A stretch of DNA of 64,000 nucleotides from Candidatus Nanohaloarchaea archaeon (GTDB lineage Archaea > Nanohalarchaeota > Nanosalinia > Nanosalinales > Nanosalinaceae): positions 132,356 to 196,355 of the forward strand of contig JBDGRE010000001.1 in NCBI GenBank assembly GCA_042218325.1, written 5' to 3'. Numbering within the stretch: the stretch's first letter is position 1; every line of letters starts with the position of its first letter. Made by a program: the position numbers and the translations under genes. Under the pieces are notes generated by a model, which was not told the origin of the DNA, searched no databases, and saw nothing but the letters and a program-made list of their open reading frames with translations. Shown piece by piece: positions 55,458 through 64,000 of the stretch.

Positions 55458-56249
55458 TCAGATTTGAGCCGACTCGAAGTCGCTCCAGACTTCGTAACCC
55501 TTCTCTCTGGCTGCTTCCTCAAGCTCTTCTGTGTGCATCTGGTTAAGGTGTTCGCTTATGTTGACCAGAACGGTTCTTTCAGCATCTACCTGTTCGATGT
55601 TTTCTTCTATTTCTTCTGTGTGTCCGTGACTCTCGGCACCGAACAGTTGTCCCTCCATCAAAGCAATATCGGCATCTTCATAGCAGTCCTCGTCTCCAGT
55701 GAGGTTGCGGACATCAGGCAGATATACTACCTTCGTATCCTCTTTCTGGATTACATAGCCTTGCGTTTCTTCTCCATGCTCAACCTCGAAAGCCTCTACT
55801 GCGACATCACCTATCTCCACTATATCTCCTGAACCCATAATCTGGAACTTGATATTTTCGTTCCCGGCGATATGGCCCTGCTTCTCCTGAAGATGGTTCC
55901 AGGCAGTCTGGTTCCCGTATACTGATATTTCTCGTCCGTGCCAGCCGTTGTAGTCGAAATCCTCAGTATTCAGAACATGCTCCTCTATCGCGATATGATC
56001 AAGTTCACGGATTCCTGCGAAATGGTCAAAATGGTGGTGCGTAACAAAGAAAGCGTCGACTTTAAAGACCTCTACATCATGCATCTGCTCTTTGATCTCT
56101 GGACTCATCTCAAAAACCAGGGTGGCTTCATCTGTCTCAACCAGCAGGCCAGGTCTTCTTCTCCTCTCCGACTCCTGACAGTATTCGCAGTCACAGAGTG
56201 GAACAGGCATGCCTATGGCGTCACCAGAACCTAACAGAGTTACTTTCAT
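55458..56249 (-). CDS. MBL-fold hydrolase (PhnP-like)
   Basis: LLGSGDAIGMP...C.C..C and THHHFDHFAG. AT-richer than flanking genes. Confidence 0.88.
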   Translation of the reverse strand: MKVTLLGSGDAIGMPVPLCDCEYCQESERRRRPGLLVETDEATLVFEMSPEIKEQMHDVEVFKVDAFFVTHHHFDHFAGIRELDHIAIEEHVLNTEDFDYNGWHGREISVYGNQTAWNHLQEKQGHIAGNENIKFQIMGSGDIVEIGDVAVEAFEVEHGEETQGYVIQKEDTKVVYLPDVRNLTGDEDCYEDADIALMEGQLFGAESHGHTEEIEENIEQVDAERTVLVNISEHLNQMHTEELEEAAREKGYEVWSDFESAQI

Positions 56250-56250
56250 A

Positions 56251-56979
56251 CTACCGCCACTCGAAGCTCTTGCCGTCCCAGTGGCCCTCTCCCTTGAGCT
56301 CGTCTTCATCTTCTTCGGCTTCCTGCTCCCGTTCTTCCCTCCCGCCTTTCTCTTCTTCTGCGGATCTGTTCTCTTCTTTATCTGCTTCTGGCTCTTCTTC
56401 CTGCTGTTTCTCTTCTCTGCCCTCTTCGTCGCTGACCTCGTTGCGGTCCACGAGCCTTGAGCCGAAGCCGCCGTCGCTCTTCTCTTCCGTATGTCGCTGG
56501 CCTTCCGGGTGCGCCTTCTTGGGTGCGCCCGAGTCGAAGTCGACGGAAACAGACGACATCGACTCCTGTATCTCCTCGAGCTGCTGCTGCGCCTCCTCGT
56601 CCTGCGGGAATATAGCTCCGGTAGGTGTGCCGGCGTTCTCGTCATCCTTGAAACGCGGGAACACGGAGATGTACGCGTGCGGCAGCATCTGGCCGCCGGC
56701 CTCGCCGATGTTCATCGTAACCGAGGCACCGTCGGCGCCGAGACCTTTCTCTGCCTTCTCGATGACCTTCCTCACTACCGTCATCGCCTCGTCGTACTCC
56801 TCCGGTGTGAAGTCAAGCACCGACTCCTTGTGCTCCTTCGGTACGACCTGTGTGTGTCCTCTGGCCCGGGGCTGTATCTCCAGCCAGGCGTAGAAGTTCT
56901 CCGTCTCCGAAACCACGAGCAGCTGCTCGGGATTGTCTATCAGCTGGCAGTAGGGGCACTGGCCCTGTTGCTGCGGCAT
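56251..56979 (-). CDS. HIT family protein with acidic C-terminal extension
   Basis: [14 protein letters not shown] and [10 protein letters not shown] (degenerate HxHxH). Confidence 0.85.
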   Translation of the reverse strand: MPQQQGQCPYCQLIDNPEQLLVVSETENFYAWLEIQPRARGHTQVVPKEHKESVLDFTPEEYDEAMTVVRKVIEKAEKGLGADGASVTMNIGEAGGQMLPHAYISVFPRFKDDENAGTPTGAIFPQDEEAQQQLEEIQESMSSVSVDFDSGAPKKAHPEGQRHTEEKSDGGFGSRLVDRNEVSDEEGREEKQQEEEPEADKEENRSAEEEKGGREEREQEAEEDEDELKGEGHWDGKSFEWR

Positions 56980-57130
56980 ACCTATCTTGAAGGTTTCACC
57001 GGTTTTAACTGTCAGGGGTCGCTCTTTGCGGGCCGAAACCTTCCTCGAGCAGGGTCCGTTCTATCCTGCGGCCGCCTTTTATAAAGCTGAGCCTGCATCT
57101 TCTTACTACACTTTGAAGGTGCATTTCCAG

Positions 57131-57487
57131 ATGTCAGACGATTTTGACTCACAGTTCGACGACGATTTCGACGACGATTTTGAAACCGAGGAAGACGAGT
57201 TCGAGGACGACTTCGACGACGAAGAGGAAGAGGTCCAGGAAGAGCCGGAAGAAGAGGAATCCTTCGAGGCTTCCGAAGAGGAAGAAGAGGAGGAAGACTT
57301 CGACAAGCCGGTCTCGGAGGGCGAGACAGTAGAAGTAGAAATCGAAGACCTCGGCTCGAAAGGCGACGGGATCGCCAGGGTAGAAGGCTTCGTAGTCTTC
57401 GTGCCCGGCGGAGAAGTCGGCGAGAGCTACGACGTAGAGGTCACCTCTGTCGGCCGCAAGTTCGCCTTCGCGGAGATCGTCGACTAA
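57131..57487 (+). CDS. TRAM domain RNA-binding protein with acidic N-terminus
   Basis: [33 protein letters not shown]. Confidence 0.9.
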   Translation: MSDDFDSQFDDDFDDDFETEEDEFEDDFDDEEEEVQEEPEEEESFEASEEEEEEEDFDKPVSEGETVEVEIEDLGSKGDGIARVEGFVVFVPGGEVGESYDVEVTSVGRKFAFAEIVD

Positions 57488-57527
57488 CGGGCGGCTTTTT
57501 ACCTTTTCCCTTTCCATTTTCCTTTCT

Positions 57528-58112
57528 ATGAAACCATCCAGGATAGCTGTACCGGTTATCGCGGTCGCTATAGTCGCTGGTTTCCTGCTGGCCTCCCAGC
57601 CCCGGTTGATAGAGAAGCCGGAGCTACAGAGCTGGACGCCAGGAGACATGAATCCAGGCCAGGCGGAAAACGAGACCGTTGATAGCCCGAACTCGAGCTT
57701 CGAGTACGGCTCGGCCCATGAGCACGCGCTGTTCTACGTGGTCGTGAACGGGACGCCGCTCGACTTCACCGCGGACCGGTACGAGCTCAACTCCCGGTAC
57801 GTGCACCTTGAGGCCGACCAGTCCCGGATAGTCCACAAACACGCGAAAGGCGTTACCTGGAGCTACTTCCTCGACACCATCAACGCCTCGGTAAGTCGTG
57901 GTGAAGAATTATGTTTCACACGGTTCGATGAGAGATACTGTGGCAACGGTACAGTGGCCTTCAAGGGTCCTGAAGACCTCGGTTCAGAGATACAGCAGGG
58001 CGATAAACTGGTGATAGTGATAGGAGGAGACGTGAACTCGACCGTGAGCGAATACCTGGAGAAGGAGCTGCCGGAGAGTTTCAGGCCGCAGACGCCGGGA
58101 CGCAGGGTGTGA
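57528..58112 (+). CDS. Membrane-anchored His-motif protein
   Basis: N-terminal TM, then HEHA, VHLE and VHKHA.GVT...FL. Confidence 0.7.
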   Translation: MKPSRIAVPVIAVAIVAGFLLASQPRLIEKPELQSWTPGDMNPGQAENETVDSPNSSFEYGSAHEHALFYVVVNGTPLDFTADRYELNSRYVHLEADQSRIVHKHAKGVTWSYFLDTINASVSRGEELCFTRFDERYCGNGTVAFKGPEDLGSEIQQGDKLVIVIGGDVNSTVSEYLEKELPESFRPQTPGRRV

Positions 58113-58113
58113 C

Positions 58114-59264
58114 GTGATGCGGTACGTCCTTGTCAGGTACAGTGATATAGGCACGAAGTCGAGGCCTGTCAGGAAACGCATGCAGCACGTTTTGAGACAG
58201 CGCGTCCAGGACAGGCTGCGATACGAGGAGATGGAGCCGGAAAAAGTGTCCTCACAGCCCGGCAGGATAATCGTGGAGTTCGAGGATGCACCGGAGGCTT
58301 CCAGTACCATAGCTGAGCTGCCGGGCGTGGCCTCGACATCGTCAGCTTTCAGGGTTGATGCCGAGTTAGAGGCGATGAAAGACGCCGCCGAAAGGTTCGA
58401 GTACGGTGATACCTTCGGGGTCGACGCGAACCGGGCCAGGGAACACAGCTTCGACAGCCAGCAGGTGAAAGAGCAGCTCGGCGAACACGTCCAGGAGGGG
58501 ACGGGTGCGGAGGTCGACCTCGACAGGCCTGAAACTCTGCTTGAGGTGGATATCAGGAACGAGGACGCCTACCTGTTCACGCAGCGTTTCGAGGGGCCTG
58601 GCGGCCTCCCTGTCGGGACACAGGACCAGCTCGCGGCGCTTATCAGCGGCGGTATCGATTCACCGGTCGCAGCGTTCGAGGTGATGAAACGCGGGGCTGA
58701 CATACTGCCGGTATACTTCTACGATAAACCTGTAGCGGCGGAAGACCACCTTCTAAGGTTCGAATCCTCGGTGCAGAAACTGGCGAGGTTCCATCCTGGT
58801 AAGGACTGGGATTACTACCGCGTCGACATGGAGGAGGTAAACCGCGAGCTCATGAAGGTCGGTAGGGGCAGGATGGTACTGCACCGCATCGTGATGTTCC
58901 GCGCCGCCGCCCGGATAGCGGAAAAGGAAGGTCTTCCCGGGATCGTTACTGGTGAGGCGCTCGGCCAGAAATCCTCGCAGACCCTCTCCAACCTTGACCT
59001 GACCTCGTCGCAGGCAGGTAAGACGATTCACCGGCCCCCGTTCTCGTGGAACAAGGAGGAGATAACCCGGAAGGCGAGGGAGATAGGCACCTACGAGGAC
59101 GCGAAGATAGCCTCCGCCTGCAGCACTATGGCTCCGGATAACCTGCCACCCGGCTCAGCGAGAAAGACTTCGAGGAACTTGTGGCGAAGATCGATATCGG
59201 TTCGCTGGTGGAGAAGGCGGTCGCTTCCGCCGAGAAATGTAGTCTCGACCACCGTAAAGGTTAA
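58114..59264 (+). CDS. thiI: tRNA 4-thiouridine sulfurtransferase ThiI (apparent frameshift near the C-terminus)
   Basis: THUMP domain, PP-loop LISGGIDSPVA and TGEALGQKSSQT. Adding one C at ~59142 restores NPATRL...EELVAKID with stop at 59262-59264. Confidence 0.9.
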
Positions 59265-59290
59265 ATAGGCTGCGGGTCCGCAGGAACAAT

Positions 59291-59578
59291 ATGTCTATAC
59301 AGGAGCGCAGAGAGGAAGCGGAGGCTGTACTGGACTCCGCCGAGATGATGCTCGAGACCTACCCTGGTGCGGGCGAGAAAGCACGCGAACTCGAGGGAAA
59401 GATAAATGAGCTCGAGCAGGAGCTGCAGGACCCGGAGTCGGAGGCGAAGCTTAGAGAGCTGATCAACGATATCCGGGACCTGATGGAGGACATGAAGGAC
59501 GAGCCGATGGAACCCGACATGGGGCCCGAGGAAGAGATGGGCGGCATGGGCCCGGGAGACGACATGCCTCCGATTTAG
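59291..59578 (+). CDS. Small acidic helical protein
   Basis: 95 aa ORF with acidic composition and a TTAAATA box upstream. Confidence 0.7.
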   Translation: MSIQERREEAEAVLDSAEMMLETYPGAGEKARELEGKINELEQELQDPESEAKLRELINDIRDLMEDMKDEPMEPDMGPEEEMGGMGPGDDMPPI

Positions 59579-59699
59579 GACTCCTCGATTTCTCTTGCCC
59601 GGCGGAAGGATATTCTTCGACACCTCTACTAGAAATCTTTTTATCCGGCCAGGACCAACTATCTTCACATTCTTTCCTGTAAAGGAGGGGCGGAGAAGC

Positions 59700-60689
59700 A
59701 TGGAAGTAGCGTGGTTCGATACCGACGGCTGGGAGGAAGAATACTTCAAGGGCCGCGACACGGGCATGGACATCGACTTCTATGACCAGCCTCTCGACAG
59801 CGAAAACGTCGAGAAAGCAGAGGGTTACGACGCCGTCTCTGTGTTCGTAACCTCCCGTATAGACGAAGAGGTGGTGCAGCAGCTGGACTGCAACCTTATC
59901 GCATGCCGCTCCACAGGTTACGACCACGTCGCCGTAGAGAAGGCCGCTGAGCAGGGCATACCGGTGTGCAACGTCCCGGAGTACGGAGGAACTACCGTCG
60001 CGGAGCACACCTTCGGCCTTGTACTGGCGCTTTCACGCAACATCTACACCGCCGTGGAAAAGGTGGAAGAAGGAGAGTTCGACCACGAGGGCCTCCGTGG
60101 CTTCGACCTGAAAGGCAAGAAACTCGGCGTCGTCGGCACAGGCGCCATCGGCAGGAACGTGATACGCATAGCCAACGGCTTCGACATGCACGTCATCGCG
60201 CACGACCCGCAGCCAGACAGGCAGGCCGCACACGAGCAGGGCTTCATGTACGTCTCGATGGAGGACCTTCTTTCGCAGTCTGACATCGTAACACTTCACT
60301 GCCCTCTCACCGACGAGACAGAGCACATGCTATCGGAGGACGAGTTCGAAATGATGGACGACACGTTACTGATCAACACCGCAAGAGGAGGACTGGTAGA
60401 CCAGGAGGCCCTGATAGAGGCGCTCGAGGACGGGAACGTTAGGGCCGCGGGCCTCGACGTTCTCGAGGAGGAGTGCTACATCGAGGACGACATACGGTAT
60501 CTCGACGAACTCGAGGAGAAATGTGATCCCCGTGTCATCCTGGAGGACCACATACTGATGGAACGCGAAGACGTCCTGGTAACGCCGCACAACGCGTTCA
60601 ACTCCCGGGAGGCCATGCAGCGCATAGCCGAGACTACGCTCGAGAACATCCGGACCAGCAGCAACGTTGTCAACTCTCCCTGGAACTGA
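59700..60689 (+). CDS. D-2-hydroxyacid (D-lactate-type) dehydrogenase
   Basis: RSTGYDH, VAEH, GVVGTGAIG, LHCPLT, INTARG, LDV.E.E and TPHNAF. Confidence 0.93.
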   Translation: MEVAWFDTDGWEEEYFKGRDTGMDIDFYDQPLDSENVEKAEGYDAVSVFVTSRIDEEVVQQLDCNLIACRSTGYDHVAVEKAAEQGIPVCNVPEYGGTTVAEHTFGLVLALSRNIYTAVEKVEEGEFDHEGLRGFDLKGKKLGVVGTGAIGRNVIRIANGFDMHVIAHDPQPDRQAAHEQGFMYVSMEDLLSQSDIVTLHCPLTDETEHMLSEDEFEMMDDTLLINTARGGLVDQEALIEALEDGNVRAAGLDVLEEECYIEDDIRYLDELEEKCDPRVILEDHILMEREDVLVTPHNAFNSREAMQRIAETTLENIRTSSNVVNSPWN

Positions 60690-61215
60690 ACTTCCACATC
60701 AGCACGAGGATCGCGACCATCGCGGTGAGCGCCATCATCGGTACGTTGATGTAGCCGAAGTAGAACGTGTACTCGGTCGAGCACGATACGGAGAGCACGG
60801 AGCAGCCGGCGGAGTGGAACTGCTGGATGCGCTGCACCATGTAGTGATACACCGATACCGGGATACCGGCCATCATCAGGGGTAGCACGTAGTCCTCGAC
60901 GTCGAACCTCTTAAGGACGAGTGCAGTGCCGACCAGCAAGACGATGGGATAGATTGCTATCCGCTGGAACCAGCAAAGCCTGCAGGGGGTCCACCCGAGC
61001 ACGTTGGACATGTACAGGCTTCCCGAGGTCGCTGTCAGTGCGAGCAGGAACGCCAGCTCCCGGTAACGCTCGCCTGTGAAGCGCTCCAGCCTTTCGAGGT
61101 ACACACTCTTGAGTTCGAGACCGGTCTTCCCGAGAACGTACAGTATGAATCCTGAAAGCAGCAGGAGCTGGACCATCAGGGTGCCGTAGGCCAGCCCGCT
61201 CACGACCATACTCAT
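60670..61215 (-). CDS. dsbB: Disulfide bond formation protein DsbB/BdbC
   Basis: GSLY.S...PCRLCWFQR, a second Cys pair CS...SC, and 4 TMs. Confidence 0.9.
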   Translation of the reverse strand: MSMVVSGLAYGTLMVQLLLLSGFILYVLGKTGLELKSVYLERLERFTGERYRELAFLLALTATSGSLYMSNVLGWTPCRLCWFQRIAIYPIVLLVGTALVLKRFDVEDYVLPLMMAGIPVSVYHYMVQRIQQFHSAGCSVLSVSCSTEYTFYFGYINVPMMALTAMVAILVLMWKFSSRES

Positions 61216-61261
61216 ACTCCTACAGACGCCGCCTGTATTGAAAACGGTTCTGGTACAGCTC

Positions 61262-61627
61262 TCAATCCAGCCGGAACAGGTGCGACTTGCAACCGCAGTC
61301 GCTGCATCCGAAACCGTTTACTGGCTCGCCCACCCGGGAAACCGCCTTCGCGAGCAGACACTCGAACTCGGAGCTTTCGGGCAGCACGAGGTAGTCTACA
61401 GGCTCGGCAGCGGAGGATAGATAGTCTATATGCCAGTGCTTTTTCCCGGCGCCGGAGAGATGCCGGCCAAGCCGCTTCTCGACCGAGTTCATCGCCGAGC
61501 CGGTGTACACGTAGATGCCCGGCGGGAACCTGATTTTCCCGAGCGCTCCGACATGTATGGAAGCTTCCTCCTCCAGCCCAAGCATCAGGGCGTAGACCGC
61601 TTTCACGGTTTGAACAGTGTACCACAA
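61262..61627 (-). CDS. DUF123 GIY-YIG (Uri superfamily) endonuclease
   Basis: GIYVYTGSA...RLGRH...KHWHIDYL...EC...GFGCSDC.C.SHL. Start uncertain. Confidence 0.88.
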   Translation of the reverse strand: MWYTVQTVKAVYALMLGLEEEASIHVGALGKIRFPPGIYVYTGSAMNSVEKRLGRHLSGAGKKHWHIDYLSSAAEPVDYLVLPESSEFECLLAKAVSRVGEPVNGFGCSDCGCKSHLFRLD

Positions 61628-61660
61628 CAGACTAAATACCTCGTTCTCTCATCGTTGTTT

Positions 61661-62464
61661 ATGGAATGCGATTTCTGCGGTGAGGAGTTCGAGGACGAGC
61701 GTGAGCTTCACCTCCACTGGGGCGAGGAACACGAGGAGGGGCTCACCTCCCACCAACAGGAGAAGGTCAAGAAAGCCGAGAGGAAGACGGAAGAGGAGGA
61801 ACAGGTAAGGAGGAAGAAACGCAGGCGTACCGCCGGCTGGGCGTTCACGGCGCTTATAGCAGTCTCTTTCGTGGCGCTCGTAGGGCCGCAACTGCTCGGC
61901 TCCATGCTCCAGTCACGCCAGAGCTTCGACCTCTCCGAGGAACCGATGCTCGGCTCGCAGGACGCCAACGTCACGGTCGTGGCGTTCGAGGACTTCAAGT
62001 GCCCGTACTGCGCCCAGTTCACGGCCGGGCCCTACCAGCAGCTGAAAACAGAGTACATCCAGACCGGCAAAGTCAAGTTCTACTTCGTCAACAACCCGCT
62101 GCCGCTCGGCCAAGACTCGTATACTGCCGCGGCAGCCGGAGAATGCGTTCTCGAACAGGACGAGTAGCAGTTCTGGAACTTCAAGGAGGCGGTGTTCGCC
62201 AACCAGGGCCCTGAAACCCAGCGGTGGGCGACGGTCGACAGGCTGATGGAGATAGCCCGGCAGTCCACTGAAGGCCTGGACTACACCCAGCTCAGGACCT
62301 GTATAGCCGAGGAGCAGACGATGTCCGAGGTAAGGCAAGATCGGCAGATGGCTCATAGCCACGGCATTACCTCTACGCCGACGGTCTTCGTCAACGGAAA
62401 AGAGGTCTCCAACCCGCTCAACTACCAGGTCCTGAAATCCGCGGTAGAAAGAGAGCTGGAATAA
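61661..62464 (+). pseudogene. DsbA/BdbD thiol oxidoreductase with N-terminal C2H2 finger; in-frame TAG at 62165 (probably a sequence error)
   Basis: CDFC...H...H, TM, DFKCPYC, and GITSTPTVFVNG in the same frame after the TAG. Confidence 0.8.
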
Positions 62465-62476
62465 AAAGGCTTGAAT

Positions 62477-62565
62477 CGCCGGCGCTGGGATTTGAACCCA
62501 GGAGGGCCGTCACAGCCCAGCAGATCTCGAATCTGCCGCGTTCAACCAGGCTCCGCCACGCCGGC
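62477..62565 (-). tRNA. tRNA-Ser(CGA)
   Basis: GCCGGCG acceptor, anticodon arm GCAGA-TTCGAGA-TCTGC, long variable arm, T arm CTGGG-TTCAAAT-CCCAG and G73. Confidence 0.95.
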
Positions 62566-62693
62566 AGCGAACTTCTGAAAGTTCGAACATCATGCTCTGC
62601 GTCCGCGCTAGCGCAGAGCAGGCTTCAGAAGGTTCCGCCTGTTTAGCGTTGGCTCGCCTAAGCTTTTATTTAGTTAGCCGAAAGTTGTTCTCC

Positions 62694-63365
62694 GTGAGCT
62701 ACGGCTCGATAGTTCTTGACATGGATGGAGTGATACTTGATTTCGAGGGCGACGACTTCCGGTGGAAGTACGACGCGGTGCGGGAGGTGCTGCGGAGCAG
62801 GGGCGTCGATCCCTCGGACTTCTCGAGACCCCAGCTTGATGTTTTTCTCGGGGATGAAGGCGTGGATGCGTGCGTCGAGTCCTGCGAGGAGCTGGGCCTG
62901 GACGCCGGCGAGGTCTGGGAGGAGATCGCGAGGAAGACGACGGAGGCCCGGATAGAAAAGGTGAAGACCGGAGAGTTCACGCTTTACCCCGAGGTGAAGG
63001 ATGTCTTGGAGCAGCTGGAGAACATGAAACTCGGGCTCGGCGTCATCAGCAACGCGCCGGAGAAGGCGGTCGAGGCTGTCATAACGCATTACGACTTGAG
63101 GAGGCATCTCAAGTACTTCCGCGGCGTGACGGGCTTCGACGACCTCACCGCCCGGAAGCCACATCCCGATCACTTGAAGCTGGCGCAGGCTGAGCTCAAG
63201 CGGGAACCGTACGCCTATGCGGGCGACGCAGAATCCGACCTCATCGCGGCCCGGGAGGCGGGCATGGATTCCGTCTGGGTCAGGAGAAACGATGCAAAGG
63301 TCGATGTAAGGCCTGATTACGAGATAGAAAACCTCCGAGAGTTCCTTGATATCGTGGAAGGATGA
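62694..63365 (+). CDS. HAD superfamily hydrolase
   Basis: LDMDGVI, ISN, RKPHP and GDAESD. GTG start. Confidence 0.9.
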   Translation: MSYGSIVLDMDGVILDFEGDDFRWKYDAVREVLRSRGVDPSDFSRPQLDVFLGDEGVDACVESCEELGLDAGEVWEEIARKTTEARIEKVKTGEFTLYPEVKDVLEQLENMKLGLGVISNAPEKAVEAVITHYDLRRHLKYFRGVTGFDDLTARKPHPDHLKLAQAELKREPYAYAGDAESDLIAAREAGMDSVWVRRNDAKVDVRPDYEIENLREFLDIVEG

Positions 63366-64000
63366 GTTACGAGGGCGTTATCTTTGACTTCGACGGCGTC
63401 CTGCTGGACGCTGCTTTCGACGACTGGAAGTGGGCAGAGAAGGCGCGGAGGGAGAAGGCCCGCGAACTCGACTACGAGATAGACGGTAACGGCAGGCACG
63501 GCTTCCTTTTCCAGACCGACTCTCTCGACGAGATGAAGCAGATGGTGGAGGAGAACGGTTTCACGTGGCACGACTAAATAGAGGTCGAGAAGGCCGCGGC
63601 TGCCCGGAAGGCGGAGATGGTGAGGAACGGCGAGATGGAGCTTTTCCCGGATGCCCGGCAGGTGCTGCGGGAGATAGAAGCCCCGAAAGCCGTGGTCAGC
63701 AACGCTTTCGGCGCCACGCTCGACGACATAGTGCTCCACCTCGGGATAGACGAGCACCTGGAGTTCTGGGCCGCGCCCAGCCTCTCCGAGATAGAGAGGT
63801 ACCACGAAATCATGAAGCCCGAGACCCACATGCTGGAGGACGCGCTCGAGGTGCTCGGAACCAGGAACGTGGTCATGATAGGCGACAGCGACTTCGATAT
63901 CCGGGCCGCGAAGAACGCCGGCATCGACTCCGTCCTCATCGACCGCGGGAAGAAGGTGGACGTGGAGCCTGACCACGTGGTCGACAGCCTGGAAGAGTTT
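63362..64000 (+). pseudogene. HAD superfamily hydrolase, tandem paralogue; in-frame TAA at 63575 (probably a sequence error); runs off the window end
   Basis: FDFDGVL, then VSN, MKPE and IGDSDFDI in the same frame after the TAA. Confidence 0.8.

Noticed and set aside
57094-57123. Hairpin TGCATCTTC/GAAGGTGCA covering the SD of the TRAM gene (RNA thermometer idea)
   Set aside because: The TATA at ~57077-57085 predicts a TSS downstream of the 5' arm, so the hairpin probably is not in the transcript.
62165-63577. Stop-codon reassignment or pyrrolysine readthrough suggested by in-frame TAG and TAA
   Set aside because: TAG and TAA terminate many intact genes in the window, the two cases use different codons, and they co-occur with frameshifts typical of errors.
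1-64000. CRISPR array, transposase, integrase or provirus
   Set aside because: No regularly spaced repeats and no recognisable cas, transposase, tyrosine-recombinase or capsid motifs were seen.

Overview
A 64 kb archaeal chromosome segment. The very acidic proteins, mostly leaderless genes with TTTA(A/T)A boxes, tight gene packing and DPANN-style pilins point to a nanohaloarchaeon (inference). It has four blocks. (1) At 0.2-17.2 kb, about ten secreted or membrane-anchored beta-rich, sequon-dense proteins surround a MoxR-DUF58-vWA module. Their motifs suggest a non-type-IV, donor-strand-type filament system with major, tip and anchor subunits and chaperone-like proteins but no usher. This is the most interesting candidate for an undescribed system. 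(2) MinD, a PEP synthase fused to a winged-helix domain, and an unannotated ~130-nt structured RNA candidate. (3) A type IV pilus locus (eight class III signal-peptide proteins of two types, ATPase, two TadC-like proteins, prepilin peptidase), followed by an archaeosortase and a DNA-processing cluster (DUF460, Hef, HerA-like ATPase, resolvase-like nuclease). (4) Housekeeping genes: SRP RNA with a UGAC loop and reduced helix 6, tRNA-Cys, tRNA-Ser, cysS, ileS, thiI, three Nudix hydrolases, DsbA/DsbB and HAD hydrolases. Five broken reading frames after 48.8 kb are most likely sequencing errors. No CRISPR array, transposase or integrase was seen. All family assignments come from motif recognition by eye, not from database searches.
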